A stretch of 64,000 nt of DNA from Candidatus Kaiserbacteria bacterium. GTDB taxonomy: Bacteria > Patescibacteriota > Minisyncoccia > Phycocordibacterales > UBA918. Both the position numbers and the translations under genes were made by a program. Each line of letters starts with the position of its first letter. The stretch's first letter is position 1. Location of the stretch: NCBI GenBank assembly GCA_016204695.1, contig JACQKD010000014.1, forward strand, positions 88,170 through 152,169, written 5' to 3'. The notes under the pieces are model-generated. The model did no database searches. It had not been told where the DNA came from and saw only the letters and a program-made list of their open reading frames with translations. Positions 9,151 to 18,339 of the stretch are shown here, in pieces.

Positions 9151-9375
9151 ATGCACACTCTTGTCGTTGATATGTCGATCTGATTTTAATCCTATCGCGG
9201 TATATTCATGTTTCATCACGTCCATGCCTTGCGCTACCTTGTCTATCGCTTCCAGCAATACGCCCGTCATATTTTCTAAGTCTGTTTTTGTAGCAAACTC
9301 ATCAAGTCGAGTATTGAGTTCAGCCCTTGTAGGGAAAACAACCATCAGTTTTTTAATATCGGTGTCCGTGATCAT
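9130..9375 (-). CDS. Hypothetical small protein (AT-rich segment)
   Basis: 81-aa ORF in an AT-rich stretch between tgt and uvrB; no motif. Confidence 0.3.
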   Translation of the reverse strand: MITDTDIKKLMVVFPTRAELNTRLDEFATKTDLENMTGVLLEAIDKVAQGMDVMKHEYTAIGLKSDRHINDKSVHLNPIRS

Positions 9376-9475
9376 ATAGAAATGATACGTCTCAAGTTTT
9401 CTTTGTCAAACAAAAAGAAAACCGCCCCTTGCATGGACAAAGGAACGGTTTTCCTTTGTCCACCGGAGTGGACGG

Positions 9476-9844
9476 CTACAAGCTTTCGACAAATTCCTTG
9501 ACGTCTAGGATGGAATCGGGAGAACGTTCCTCCATTACTGTAAATAGCTGGGAGAGTTGCGGAGATACCGCAACTCGACAAACAAGAAAAAGACTACCCT
9601 CAATCTCTCTAACCGACACGCCACTGCTACGCAAATTTTGAAATCCGACTCTGCTATACTCGCGACTTCGGAATCGAACCATTAGAAACTTCACATCGCT
9701 GGGATCCAATTCCGCCAACAAGTACAACGTGCCGTTCATCAGACCAAGCTGACCGATGGCGCCACCGGTCATCTGATCGAAAAGATTCCTGACAGTCTGG
9801 TTTTCCGGAACTAACGAATACACTCGCATCTCTTTTTCCTCCAC
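9476..9844 (-). CDS. Hypothetical protein (AT-rich segment)
   Basis: 122-aa ORF; no confident family assignment. Confidence 0.35.
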   Translation of the reverse strand: MEEKEMRVYSLVPENQTVRNLFDQMTGGAIGQLGLMNGTLYLLAELDPSDVKFLMVRFRSREYSRVGFQNLRSSGVSVREIEGSLFLVCRVAVSPQLSQLFTVMEERSPDSILDVKEFVESL

Positions 9845-9927
9845 ACGAAGAAGAAATCCGCTTTTTCGAGTAGACTGTCTATATCATACATCTACGAAAT
9901 GTCAATGGTGTGCTATAATTTCGCTCC

Positions 9928-11967
9928 ATGAGCGGGTTTAAACTCTCTACAAACTACACCCCCGCGGGGGACCAGCCGAAGGCGATTGAGTCGCTTATAA
10001 AAGGCGTCAAGCGCGGCGACCGACACCAGACGCTTCTTGGTGTCACCGGCTCCGGCAAGACGTTCACGGCGGCAAACGTCATCGCGGCCATACAGAAGCC
10101 GACGCTCGTCATCGCACACAACAAGACGCTCGCGGCACAGCTCGCGCAGGAGTACGCGGACTTCTTTCCCGAAAACGACGTGCATTATTTCGTCTCGTAC
10201 TACGACTACTACCAACCCGAGGCGTACATGCCCATTTCGGACACATACATCGAGAAGGAGGCGATGATCAACGAGGAGATCGACCGCCTCCGCCACGCTT
10301 CGACGCAGGCACTTCTCTCGCGAAGCGATGTCATCATCGTCGCATCCGTCTCGTGCATTTACGGCCTCGGCTCGCCGATAGAATATGAAAAAGTGCACAA
10401 GCGCATCGAAGTCGGTACGGTCATCACGCGGCGCGACATGGTGCGCGCGCTCGTGGCATTGTATTTTGAACGTACCAACGCCGACCTTGCGCCCGGCCAC
10501 TTCCGCGCACTCGGCAACACCATAGAAATAATGCCGACAAACGAGCGCGTTATCTACCGGCTCTCCTTCAGCGGAGACGCCGTGGGAAAGATAGAACGCA
10601 TCGACGCGGTCACACGGACAATCATCGCGGAAGTGCCGACATTTTTCCTCTTTCCCGCAAAACATTTCGTGACACCCGAGCTGGAACGCAAGCGCGCCAT
10701 CGCCGACATTACACTCGAGCTCAAAGACCAGCTCGCAAAATTTGAAAAAGAAGGGAAGATTCTCGAAGCCGAGCGCATCAAGCGGCGCACCCAGCACGAC
10801 CTTGCGCTCATACGCGAAATCGGCTATTGCAACGGCATTGAAAACTACTCCCGCCATTTCGACGGCCGCAAGCCGGGGGAAGCGCCGTACACCCTCCTTT
10901 CATACTTCCCGCACAAGCCGGACGGCATGCCGGACTTTTTGACCATTATCGACGAGTCGCACGTCACCATCCCCCAGCTCGGCGGCATGTACGCGGGCGA
11001 CCGCTCGCGCAAGGACACGCTCGTCGAGCACGGATTCCGCCTGCCGAGCGCCGTGGATAACCGGCCGCTGACGTTTGACGAGTTTGAGGAGCGCGTCGGC
11101 GAAACCATCTACACCTCCGCGACGCCCGGCACCTACGAACACGAGCACAGCACGCAAGTCGTCGAGCAGATCATCCGTCCGACCGGACTTGTGGACCCGG
11201 AAATTATTGTGCGTCCGATTGTGAGTCAAGAAGAAAATCAAGGAAAAAATACTGAAGCGTACCCCGGACAAGTACGAGATTTCATCGCTGAAACAGAAAA
11301 GGTAGTAAAAGGCGGCGGCCGCGTGCTCGTCACCACGCTCACGAAAAAAATGGCCGAAGACCTCTCCGAATTCCTCAAGGAGCAAAGCGTGCAAGCCGAA
11401 TACATCCATAGCGAAATCAAGACGCTTGAACGCATCGAAATACTCACCAACTTTCGCAGAGGGAAGTTCGACGTGCTCGTCGGAGTCAACCTGCTCCGAG
11501 AAGGACTCGACCTTCCCGAAGTCGAGCTTGTCGCCATACTCGATGCGGACAAAGAGGGTTTCTTGCGTTCAGAAACATCGCTCATCCAGACCATCGGCCG
11601 CGCCGCACGCAATGTCAACGGCCGCGTCATACTCTACGCCGACGGGATGACCGGCTCGCTTGAAAAAGCCATCGGCGAGACCAACCGTCGCCGCGCCATT
11701 CAAATCGCATACAACACCGAGCACGGCATCACCCCGGCCACCATCAAGAAAGAAATCAAAGACATCACCGAACAGCTCCGTACCGTCCATGAGGAGACCG
11801 TAGACACACTCCTTTCCATCGACCGCGACCTCTACAAGAAGAACCCCAAGAAACTCATCCGCGAAAAGAACCGCCAAATGGCGGAAGCCGTCAAACTCCT
11901 CGACTTCGAAACCGCCGCCATCCTCCGCGACGAGATCAGAGCGCTGGAGGACAGAGGAGGTAGATAG
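9928..11967 (+). CDS. uvrB: Excinuclease ABC subunit B
   Basis: LLGVTGSGKTFTAANVIA (Walker A), YFVSYYDYYQPEAY, helicase motifs, C-terminal UVR domain LDFETAAILRDEIRALE. Confidence 0.95.
   Translation: MSGFKLSTNYTPAGDQPKAIESLIKGVKRGDRHQTLLGVTGSGKTFTAANVIAAIQKPTLVIAHNKTLAAQLAQEYADFFPENDVHYFVSYYDYYQPEAYMPISDTYIEKEAMINEEIDRLRHASTQALLSRSDVIIVASVSCIYGLGSPIEYEKVHKRIEVGTVITRRDMVRALVALYFERTNADLAPGHFRALGNTIEIMPTNERVIYRLSFSGDAVGKIERIDAVTRTIIAEVPTFFLFPAKHFVTPELERKRAIADITLELKDQLAKFEKEGKILEAERIKRRTQHDLALIREIGYCNGIENYSRHFDGRKPGEAPYTLLSYFPHKPDGMPDFLTIIDESHVTIPQLGGMYAGDRSRKDTLVEHGFRLPSAVDNRPLTFDEFEERVGETIYTSATPGTYEHEHSTQVVEQIIRPTGLVDPEIIVRPIVSQEENQGKNTEAYPGQVRDFIAETEKVVKGGGRVLVTTLTKKMAEDLSEFLKEQSVQAEYIHSEIKTLERIEILTNFRRGKFDVLVGVNLLREGLDLPEVELVAILDADKEGFLRSETSLIQTIGRAARNVNGRVILYADGMTGSLEKAIGETNRRRAIQIAYNTEHGITPATIKKEIKDITEQLRTVHEETVDTLLSIDRDLYKKNPKKLIREKNRQMAEAVKLLDFETAAILRDEIRALEDRGGR
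11896..11952 (+). repeat. Direct repeat A (native 3' end of uvrB)
   Basis: CTCGACTTCGAAACCGCCGCCATC... is repeated at 12919-12976 (first 24 nt identical, remainder ~75% identical and AT-richer). Confidence 0.7.
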
Positions 11968-12005
11968 TGTGAAGAGATAATTCCTTCTCTGATAAGATTG
12001 GAGAT

Positions 12006-12719
12006 ATGACCGATGATGAGATTCGCGAGACGGCAATCGAGTTTGCAAAACGAAACAAAAACCGCATTGCCCGAGAGCTTACCGACAAGACAACGTATGC
12101 GCCGGACACTGCACCGGTTTCCATTTTTATGGCTGGCTCGCCCGGAGCGGGAAAGACGGAATTTTCAAAAGCATTGATAACGCTTTTGGAAGTGCGCACG
12201 GGGCTTCGCGCGGTACGAATCGATAACGATGAGATACGTCCTTTAATTCCCGGATACACCGGAAGTAACTCATACCTATTCCAAGGAGCAACGACGCTCA
12301 TTGTCGAAAAAATGCATGACCTTGCCCTACATAACGGACAAAGTTTTATTATGGACAACACGTTCACGAATTTTGAAAAGGGTACTGATAATATCAGACG
12401 TTCCCTTGGAAAAGAACGCCCGATTTTAATTTTCTACTTGTACCAAAAACCGGAGGTTGCGTGGAGATTTACGCAAGCGCGAGAAGCGACAGAAGGCAGA
12501 AATATCCCGAAAGGGGCATTTATCGAACAATTTTTAGGTGCACGTCATACGGTTGCCAAAATCATCGATAGATTCGGAGACCGAGTCATTGCTTTTCTTG
12601 TCAAGAAAGATTTTGAGAAAAACACCTTGGAAGGCATCTATCGTGTTGTCGAAAGCCAAGAAATTGACCGGTATATACCAGAGGAGTACACTGAAGAGAA
12701 GTTGCAAGAATGCTTATGA
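12006..12719 (+). CDS. Zeta-toxin-family P-loop kinase (zeta/PezT-like)
   Basis: Walker A MAGSPGAGKTEF, RIDNDEIRPLIP, about 230 aa, AT-rich. Confidence 0.65.
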   Translation: MTDDEIRETAIEFAKRNKNRIARELTDKTTYAPDTAPVSIFMAGSPGAGKTEFSKALITLLEVRTGLRAVRIDNDEIRPLIPGYTGSNSYLFQGATTLIVEKMHDLALHNGQSFIMDNTFTNFEKGTDNIRRSLGKERPILIFYLYQKPEVAWRFTQAREATEGRNIPKGAFIEQFLGARHTVAKIIDRFGDRVIAFLVKKDFEKNTLEGIYRVVESQEIDRYIPEEYTEEKLQECL

Positions 12720-12898
12720 AACTACGCGCCATATTCTCTTTATTTCGAGACAACAAGAAAGGAGATTCTTTTTCCGATGTTCTTTTGCGTGCGCCTGAAG
12801 GTCAAAGGGAAGAATTATTCAAGGAAGCGGCACGACAGGCCAACGAGGAGCAAAGAAAAATATTTGAGCAGTCCCGCGTGAACACTCCGGCTTCTTGA
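12710..12898 (+). CDS. Small helical protein overlapping the zeta-toxin stop (possible cognate partner)
   Basis: 62-aa ORF whose ATG lies inside GAATGCTTATGA at the toxin 3' end (10-nt overlap). Confidence 0.3.
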   Translation: MLMKLRAIFSLFRDNKKGDSFSDVLLRAPEGQREELFKEAARQANEEQRKIFEQSRVNTPAS

Positions 12899-12918
12899 AA
12901 ACCGTCAAATCCGGCGGA

Positions 12919-12987
12919 CTCGACTTCGAAACCGCCGCCATCTTGCGGGATGAGATACGAGCGTTGGAAGAAGGAACGAAAAAGTAG
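12919..12987 (+). repeat. Direct repeat B: displaced duplicate of the uvrB 3' end (pseudo C-terminus ...LDFETAAILRDEIRALEEGTKK*)
   Basis: Homologous to 11896-11967; the pair brackets the zeta cassette. Confidence 0.7.
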
Positions 12988-12993
12988 TATAAT
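12988..12993 (+). promoter_or_regulatory. Putative -10 box (TATAAT) upstream of the vapB-like gene
   Basis: TATAAT lies 9 nt upstream of the GTG at 13003. Confidence 0.3.
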
Positions 12994-13002
12994 CACACCA
13001 TC

Positions 13003-13176
13003 GTGACCAAAGCTACCGTCACAAAAAGACTTACCGGCTTGGAGGCCGAGATTCGGATGCTCAAGACAGCCGTACGTACGCGACCGAATTTCGTCGTGGA
13101 TGACGCAAACTGGAAAAAAATTAAACCTGCTCTAAAGAAAGTGCGCAAACAGGTTTCCAAGCAGACCTATGGCTAA
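13003..13176 (+). CDS. vapB: VapB-like antitoxin (small ORF absent from the track because of its GTG start and <60 aa length)
   Basis: GTG-initiated 57-aa ORF VTKATVTKRLTGLEAEIRMLKTAVRTRPNFVVDDANWKKIKPALKKVRKQVSKQTYG. Its stop overlaps the vapC ATG (ATGGCTAA), indicating translational coupling. Confidence 0.5.
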   Translation: MTKATVTKRLTGLEAEIRMLKTAVRTRPNFVVDDANWKKIKPALKKVRKQVSKQTYG

Positions 13177-13606
13177 GCCAAAGGTTTTTGTAGACTCCAG
13201 TGTCATCATTGCTTCGCTTCTATCCGCAACAGGAGGTAGCGCGTATATTCTCAACAGCTATCACGAAAACTGCGAGTTTCAAACGAATGAGCACGGCTTG
13301 GCGGAAATTCAAAGGGTATTAAAAGATAAATTCGCCGATCAACCGGATTTACAAAACCAACTCTTTCTACTCCTCGGCACGGCTCGGATAGTAATATTAC
13401 TGAATCCTACAAAACGGGAACGAAACATTTGTGCCAAATATATTTCCGAGATAGACGCACCCATTCTCGCCTCGGCAATCAAGCATAGTGACTACTTGCT
13501 CACTCTTGATAACGAATTTTTAGGAAAGAGTGTGGCAGAAATCGCTCGAAAGAATTCTCTAACCATCCTAAAACCAAAAGATTTTATAGAACAATTCGAA
13601 ACATAA
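13169..13606 (+). CDS. vapC: PIN-domain toxin (VapC family)
   Basis: VFVDSSVIIASL (N-terminal catalytic Asp), DAPILASAI, LLTLDNEF. Confidence 0.8.
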   Translation: MAKPKVFVDSSVIIASLLSATGGSAYILNSYHENCEFQTNEHGLAEIQRVLKDKFADQPDLQNQLFLLLGTARIVILLNPTKRERNICAKYISEIDAPILASAIKHSDYLLTLDNEFLGKSVAEIARKNSLTILKPKDFIEQFET

Positions 13607-13608
13607 AC

Positions 13609-14115
13609 ATGGAAAATATTATTGATTCTATTTCTAAAGCAATTAGAGACAAAAACTGGTATTCAGCACTGGCTGTTTCACTCATGATCCCGGATATTTG
13701 TACTGCGCTCGAACACGAAAGAACTAACGGCGGCAGATACGCTGATTGGTTTCAAGAAAACTTGATCCAATATGATGGCTTCCTTTCGGGAAACGATTGT
13801 TATGCATTAAGGTGTTCTTTATTACACGAAGCGAGAGATGATATTACAACTCAAAGATGTCGCGATGTCTTGGAACGCTATTTATTTACGACAAGTGGCT
13901 TACATTTAGGTCTATTTACAGAAAATTATCTGAACGGTGAGAGGATACCTTCTATACTAGTATTGAATGTTCAACATTTTTGTGAAGATGTATGTGCCGC
14001 CGCTACGAAATGGCTAGAAGCTAATAAAAGGGACGCACAAATACAAACTCGTCTGGGACAGACGATCAAAATCTACAGGCCTGGAGAAAGCTACAAAGGC
14101 GTAATAGGATTCTGA
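13609..14115 (+). CDS. Hypothetical protein, possible HEPN-like (Rx4H motif)
   Basis: ALRCSLLHEARD contains R-x4-H. AT-rich and immediately follows vapC. Confidence 0.35.
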   Translation: MENIIDSISKAIRDKNWYSALAVSLMIPDICTALEHERTNGGRYADWFQENLIQYDGFLSGNDCYALRCSLLHEARDDITTQRCRDVLERYLFTTSGLHLGLFTENYLNGERIPSILVLNVQHFCEDVCAAATKWLEANKRDAQIQTRLGQTIKIYRPGESYKGVIGF

Positions 14116-14197
14116 TAGATCTAGAAATAGAACGCCCGACTTGCTATAATCTACCCGTCACATCCTCACACTATGTCCATAGGTGAGGCCGTTATCT

Positions 14198-16837
14198 ATG
14201 TCCGAGAAAAAACAAATGCAGAAAAAAACCGTGGGGAAAACAGCGAAGGAAGAAATCGTCATCAAGGGTGCGCGGACGCATAACTTGAAGAATATTTCTT
14301 TGACCTTGCCGCGAGGCGCGATGATTGCGTTCACGGGGCTTTCGGGGTCGGGGAAGTCGTCGCTTGCGTTCGATACGATTTTCGCGGAAGGACAGCGGCG
14401 GTATGTCGAGTCGCTTTCGACATATGCGCGGCAGTTTTTGCGGCAGATGCAGAAGCCGGATGTGGACGAAATCAGCGGACTTTCTCCAGCTATTTCTATT
14501 GACCAGAAGTCTGCTTCACGCAACCCGCGCTCGACGGTCGCGACCATCACCGAGATATACGACTACCTCCGCATTCTCTATGCGCGCGTCGGCCAGCCGT
14601 ATTGCCTCGGCGTGGATGTGCCTATTCAAAAGCTCTCGCAGGACGAAATTCTGCGGATTATTCTCGAATCCATAGAGAAACGAGAGGTTAAAAAAGCACA
14701 AAAGGATGAGCAAAAGGTCATGGGCGTGCCGGTTTCCTCGGAGCGCCTTGCCATCTTCGCCCCGGTCATCGTCGGCAGAAAAGGCGAATACTACCAGCTT
14801 CTCTACGACCTCCTCGGCAAAGGATACGAGACAGTGAAGATAGATGGGGAGATCAAACAGCTTCGCGAGCGTATCACACTCGCGAAGACCAAGCGTCACG
14901 ACATCGACGTGCTCGTGGATGAGATATATGTGAGCGAATTCCGTGACGACCCGAAGGGCGCGCGCGAGCGGCTTTCGGAGGCGATCGAGTACGCGCTCAA
15001 GGAATCGTCGGGGCTCATCAAGGTGCAAAGTCCGGACGGGAGCGAGCGCACTCTCTCGGCAAAATTCATCTGCCCCTCCGATGGCTCGTCGTTCCCCGAA
15101 GTCGAGCCGCGGCTCTTTTCATTCAACTCGCCATACGGCGCCTGCCCGGAATGCAACGGCCTCGGCACCGTCGGTATCTTCCACAGCGACCTTTGCCCAG
15201 CATGTCTCGGCGCGCGGCTTCGTCCGGAAGCGTTGCGCGTATACCTCACCGACGGCACGAAAGGCTCGCTCGGAAAAAGCATTGTAGACTTCACCGCCAT
15301 GACAATTCGCGAAGCGTACCAGTTCGTCGAAGACATCAAGCTTTCCAAAAAACAACAGGAAATCGCCTGGCCCGCGCTCCGCGAGATTATCGACCGACTG
15401 CAATTCATGATAGATGTCGGCATCGAATATCTCACGCTCGACCGCCGCGCCAACACGCTCTCCGGCGGCGAGGCACAGCGCATCCGGCTCGCTTCCCAGC
15501 TCGGCTCGGGACTCGTCGGCGCGCTCTATGTGCTCGACGAGCCGACCATCGGCCTCCATCAGCGCGACAACGACCGCCTCATCAAGACGCTCACCAACCT
15601 GCGCGACCTCGGCAACACCATTCTCGTCGTCGAACACGACGAGGACACCGTGCTTGCATCCGACTATCTCGTGGACATTGGCCCGGGCGCGGGCGTACAC
15701 GGCGGTAATGTCGTCGTCGACGGCTGGCTCGAAGAATTGCTCAACGCGAAGAAAAATACCTCCGGCTCGGTGACGCTCGACTATCTGCGCGGCGACCGCG
15801 TCATTCCTCTGCCGGAAAAGCGCAGAGAAGGAGAAAAGGGCTCAATCAAAATCCACGGCGGCAAGGCGTTCAATATCAAAAATATGCATGTGGACATCCC
15901 GCTCGGCCGCCTCATCGCGCTCACGGGAGTATCCGGCTCGGGAAAGTCCACCTTCATGTATGAAATCCTCTATCGCAACCTGCGCTCGCGCCTCGAACGG
16001 AAATACCGCACGCCGCACACATACAATGCCGCATCATTCACCGGGAGCGAGTACCTCGGTCGCGCGGTCATGATCGACCAGTCGCCCATCGGCCGCACCC
16101 CACGCTCCAACCCGGCCACATACACCGGCGCGTTCACCCACATCCGCGACTTGTTCGCCGCCGCAACAGAAGCCCGCGCGCGCGGCTGGAAGCCCGGACG
16201 GTTTTCATTCAATGTCAAAGGCGGGCGGTGCGAAGCATGCCAAGGCAACGGAGAGATTGCCGTCGAGATGCACTTCCTCCCGACCGTGTATGTCACCTGC
16301 GATGTCTGCGACGGCAAGCGATTCACCAAAGAGACGCTTGAAGTCATGTACAAAGGCAAAAATATCGACGAGGTGCTCCATATGACTATTGAAGAGGCTC
16401 TTGATTTTTTCAATGACATTCCGGCGGTGTACGACCGTCTGCGCACACTCATGGATGTGGGGCTCGGGTACCTTGAGCTCGGCCAGAGTGCGACCACGCT
16501 CTCCGGCGGCGAAGCACAGCGCGTGAAGATTTCCGCCGAGCTCTACCGCCGCCATACCGAGAAGACGATGTACCTGCTCGACGAGCCCACCATCGGCCTG
16601 CATTACGAAGACGTGAAAAAATTGATAGAGATTTTGCAAGAACTCGTCAACCGCGGCAACACCGTGATGGTCATCGAGCACAATCTCGACTTCATTAAAT
16701 CCGCCGACTATGTCATAGACATCGGCCCCGAAGGCGGCGAGAAGGGAGGCGAGCTCATCGCCAAAGGCACCCCGGAGGAAGTCGCTAAAAGCCAACACTC
16801 GTATACTGGGAAGTATTTGAAGAAAGTGTTGAGATAA
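14198..16837 (+). CDS. uvrA: Excinuclease ABC subunit A
   Basis: Two ABC ATPase modules (GLSGSGKSSLAFDT; GVSGSGKSTFMYE; two LSGGEAQR signatures), zinc fingers CPSC/CPEC and CEAC/CDVCDG. Track ORF begins at GTG 14183; the ATG at 14198 has an upstream GGTGAGG. Confidence 0.95.
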   Translation: MSEKKQMQKKTVGKTAKEEIVIKGARTHNLKNISLTLPRGAMIAFTGLSGSGKSSLAFDTIFAEGQRRYVESLSTYARQFLRQMQKPDVDEISGLSPAISIDQKSASRNPRSTVATITEIYDYLRILYARVGQPYCLGVDVPIQKLSQDEILRIILESIEKREVKKAQKDEQKVMGVPVSSERLAIFAPVIVGRKGEYYQLLYDLLGKGYETVKIDGEIKQLRERITLAKTKRHDIDVLVDEIYVSEFRDDPKGARERLSEAIEYALKESSGLIKVQSPDGSERTLSAKFICPSDGSSFPEVEPRLFSFNSPYGACPECNGLGTVGIFHSDLCPACLGARLRPEALRVYLTDGTKGSLGKSIVDFTAMTIREAYQFVEDIKLSKKQQEIAWPALREIIDRLQFMIDVGIEYLTLDRRANTLSGGEAQRIRLASQLGSGLVGALYVLDEPTIGLHQRDNDRLIKTLTNLRDLGNTILVVEHDEDTVLASDYLVDIGPGAGVHGGNVVVDGWLEELLNAKKNTSGSVTLDYLRGDRVIPLPEKRREGEKGSIKIHGGKAFNIKNMHVDIPLGRLIALTGVSGSGKSTFMYEILYRNLRSRLERKYRTPHTYNAASFTGSEYLGRAVMIDQSPIGRTPRSNPATYTGAFTHIRDLFAAATEARARGWKPGRFSFNVKGGRCEACQGNGEIAVEMHFLPTVYVTCDVCDGKRFTKETLEVMYKGKNIDEVLHMTIEEALDFFNDIPAVYDRLRTLMDVGLGYLELGQSATTLSGGEAQRVKISAELYRRHTEKTMYLLDEPTIGLHYEDVKKLIEILQELVNRGNTVMVIEHNLDFIKSADYVIDIGPEGGEKGGELIAKGTPEEVAKSQHSYTGKYLKKVLR

Positions 16838-16876
16838 AATAGAACAAGGCCGTCCCAGAAAGACAGCCTTGTGTCC

Positions 16877-17071
16877 TCACTTATACTCCGGCCGCTTGTG
16901 CGGCTTGGTACAGGTGGGGCAAACTACCAATGCCCAGTCGGAGAAAGAACGCCTCCCACAACCGGCATTGGCGCAAAAAATGGTCCAGCAGTCCGTGCAC
17001 TGCCAGACAAGACCGGGCTTCCCGAAAGCCCCGCACGAGGGGCAGATGGTTACTTTGAGGTCCTTTTTCAT
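16877..17071 (-). CDS. Zinc-ribbon small protein
   Basis: CPSC..C..C......C..C.......CPTC pattern in 64 aa. Confidence 0.5.
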   Translation of the reverse strand: MKKDLKVTICPSCGAFGKPGLVWQCTDCWTIFCANAGCGRRSFSDWALVVCPTCTKPHKRPEYK

Positions 17072-17085
17072 ACGACCCCCTTTCT

Positions 17086-18339
17086 GTGCTAGAAATTAGA
17101 GACAAAATAATGACAAGTCAAGACTTACAAAAACTCAAATTGCCGGATGCGCCGGGCGTGTATTTCTTTTTGGGGAAGCGCAAGAAGATACTATATATCG
17201 GTAAGGCGACATCTCTGCGCTCACGGGTGCGGAGTTATTTTGCGGACGACATTCTAGAAAAACGAAGTGCGCTCATCGAGCAGATGGTCGCGGAGGCCGA
17301 AACGGTTGAGTGGACGGAAACAGACTCGGTACTTGAGGCGCTCATTCTTGAGGCAAATCTCATCCGCACGCACAAGCCGCGATACAACACGATTGCGAAA
17401 GACGACAAGACGTTCAACCACCTCGTGATTACCAACGAAGAGTATCCGCGCGTGCTCGTCGTGCGCGGCAAAGACCTCACCGAACGCTTTACAACAAAAG
17501 AAATCAAATACATCTTCGGCCCGTTTCCGAGCGGCATGCTCTTCCGCGAGGCGCTCGCCATCGTCCGAAAAATTTTCAAATTTTACGACACCGAGCGGCC
17601 AATCGGAGAAATCAAGACAAAGATGGGGAAGGGGACGATAGATTTCAATCGGCAAATCGGCCTCTATCCATCCGTGCAGTCCAAGCGGGAATATCAGCGA
17701 ACAATCCAGCACATCCGACTTTTCTTCGAGGGCAAAAAACATCAGCTCATCAAAATTCTCACCAAAGAAATGCGCGAATATGCACGCACACAGGCATTCG
17801 AGAAAGCGGGGGAAATAAAACGAAAGATATTCGCGCTTACCCACATCGAGGATGTCGCGCTCGTGCGGCGCGACATGTATCGCAATCGGGGATCACGCGC
17901 GACGCGCATCGAGGCATATGACATCGCGCACATGAGCGGCAAGGACATGGTCGGCGTGATGACTGTCGTCGAAAATGGGGAAGTGCGGACGAGCGAATAC
18001 CGCAAGTTCAAAATCGGAAGCGTCAAAAGCTCGAACGACCCGGCCGCGCTTCGCGAAGTGCTCGACCGCCGGCTTGCACACGCCGAGTGGCCGATGCCGC
18101 AGATGATTGTCGTCGACGGCGGCCGTGCCCAGAAGAACGCCGCCGAGCTCATTCTCAAAAAATACGGCATCGGCATCCCCGTCGTCGCGGTGACCAAAGA
18201 CGAATACCACCGCCCCAAGCGGCTCCTCGGCACACAAACCCTTATCCGCGAGCACGAAGACTCCATCCTCCTCGCCAACGTCGAATCCCACCGCTTCGCG
18301 ATCGCATACCATAGGCAGAAAAGAGGAAAGTTTGTATAA
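17086..18339 (+). CDS. uvrC: Excinuclease ABC subunit C-like (GIY-YIG nuclease), short form
   Basis: GIY-YIG motif PGVYFFLGKRKKILYIGKATSLRSRVRSYF. At 417 aa it lacks the usual C-terminal HhH region. Confidence 0.7.
   Translation: MLEIRDKIMTSQDLQKLKLPDAPGVYFFLGKRKKILYIGKATSLRSRVRSYFADDILEKRSALIEQMVAEAETVEWTETDSVLEALILEANLIRTHKPRYNTIAKDDKTFNHLVITNEEYPRVLVVRGKDLTERFTTKEIKYIFGPFPSGMLFREALAIVRKIFKFYDTERPIGEIKTKMGKGTIDFNRQIGLYPSVQSKREYQRTIQHIRLFFEGKKHQLIKILTKEMREYARTQAFEKAGEIKRKIFALTHIEDVALVRRDMYRNRGSRATRIEAYDIAHMSGKDMVGVMTVVENGEVRTSEYRKFKIGSVKSSNDPAALREVLDRRLAHAEWPMPQMIVVDGGRAQKNAAELILKKYGIGIPVVAVTKDEYHRPKRLLGTQTLIREHEDSILLANVESHRFAIAYHRQKRGKFV

Noticed and set aside
9913-10857. 314-aa minus-strand ORF inside uvrB
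   Set aside because: Antisense to an unambiguous uvrB; Arg/Cys-rich junk translation.
16838-16875. Terminator hairpin after uvrA
   Set aside because: Only a 7-bp stem with a 15-nt loop and no T-tract. Too weak to call, although it sits between convergent genes.
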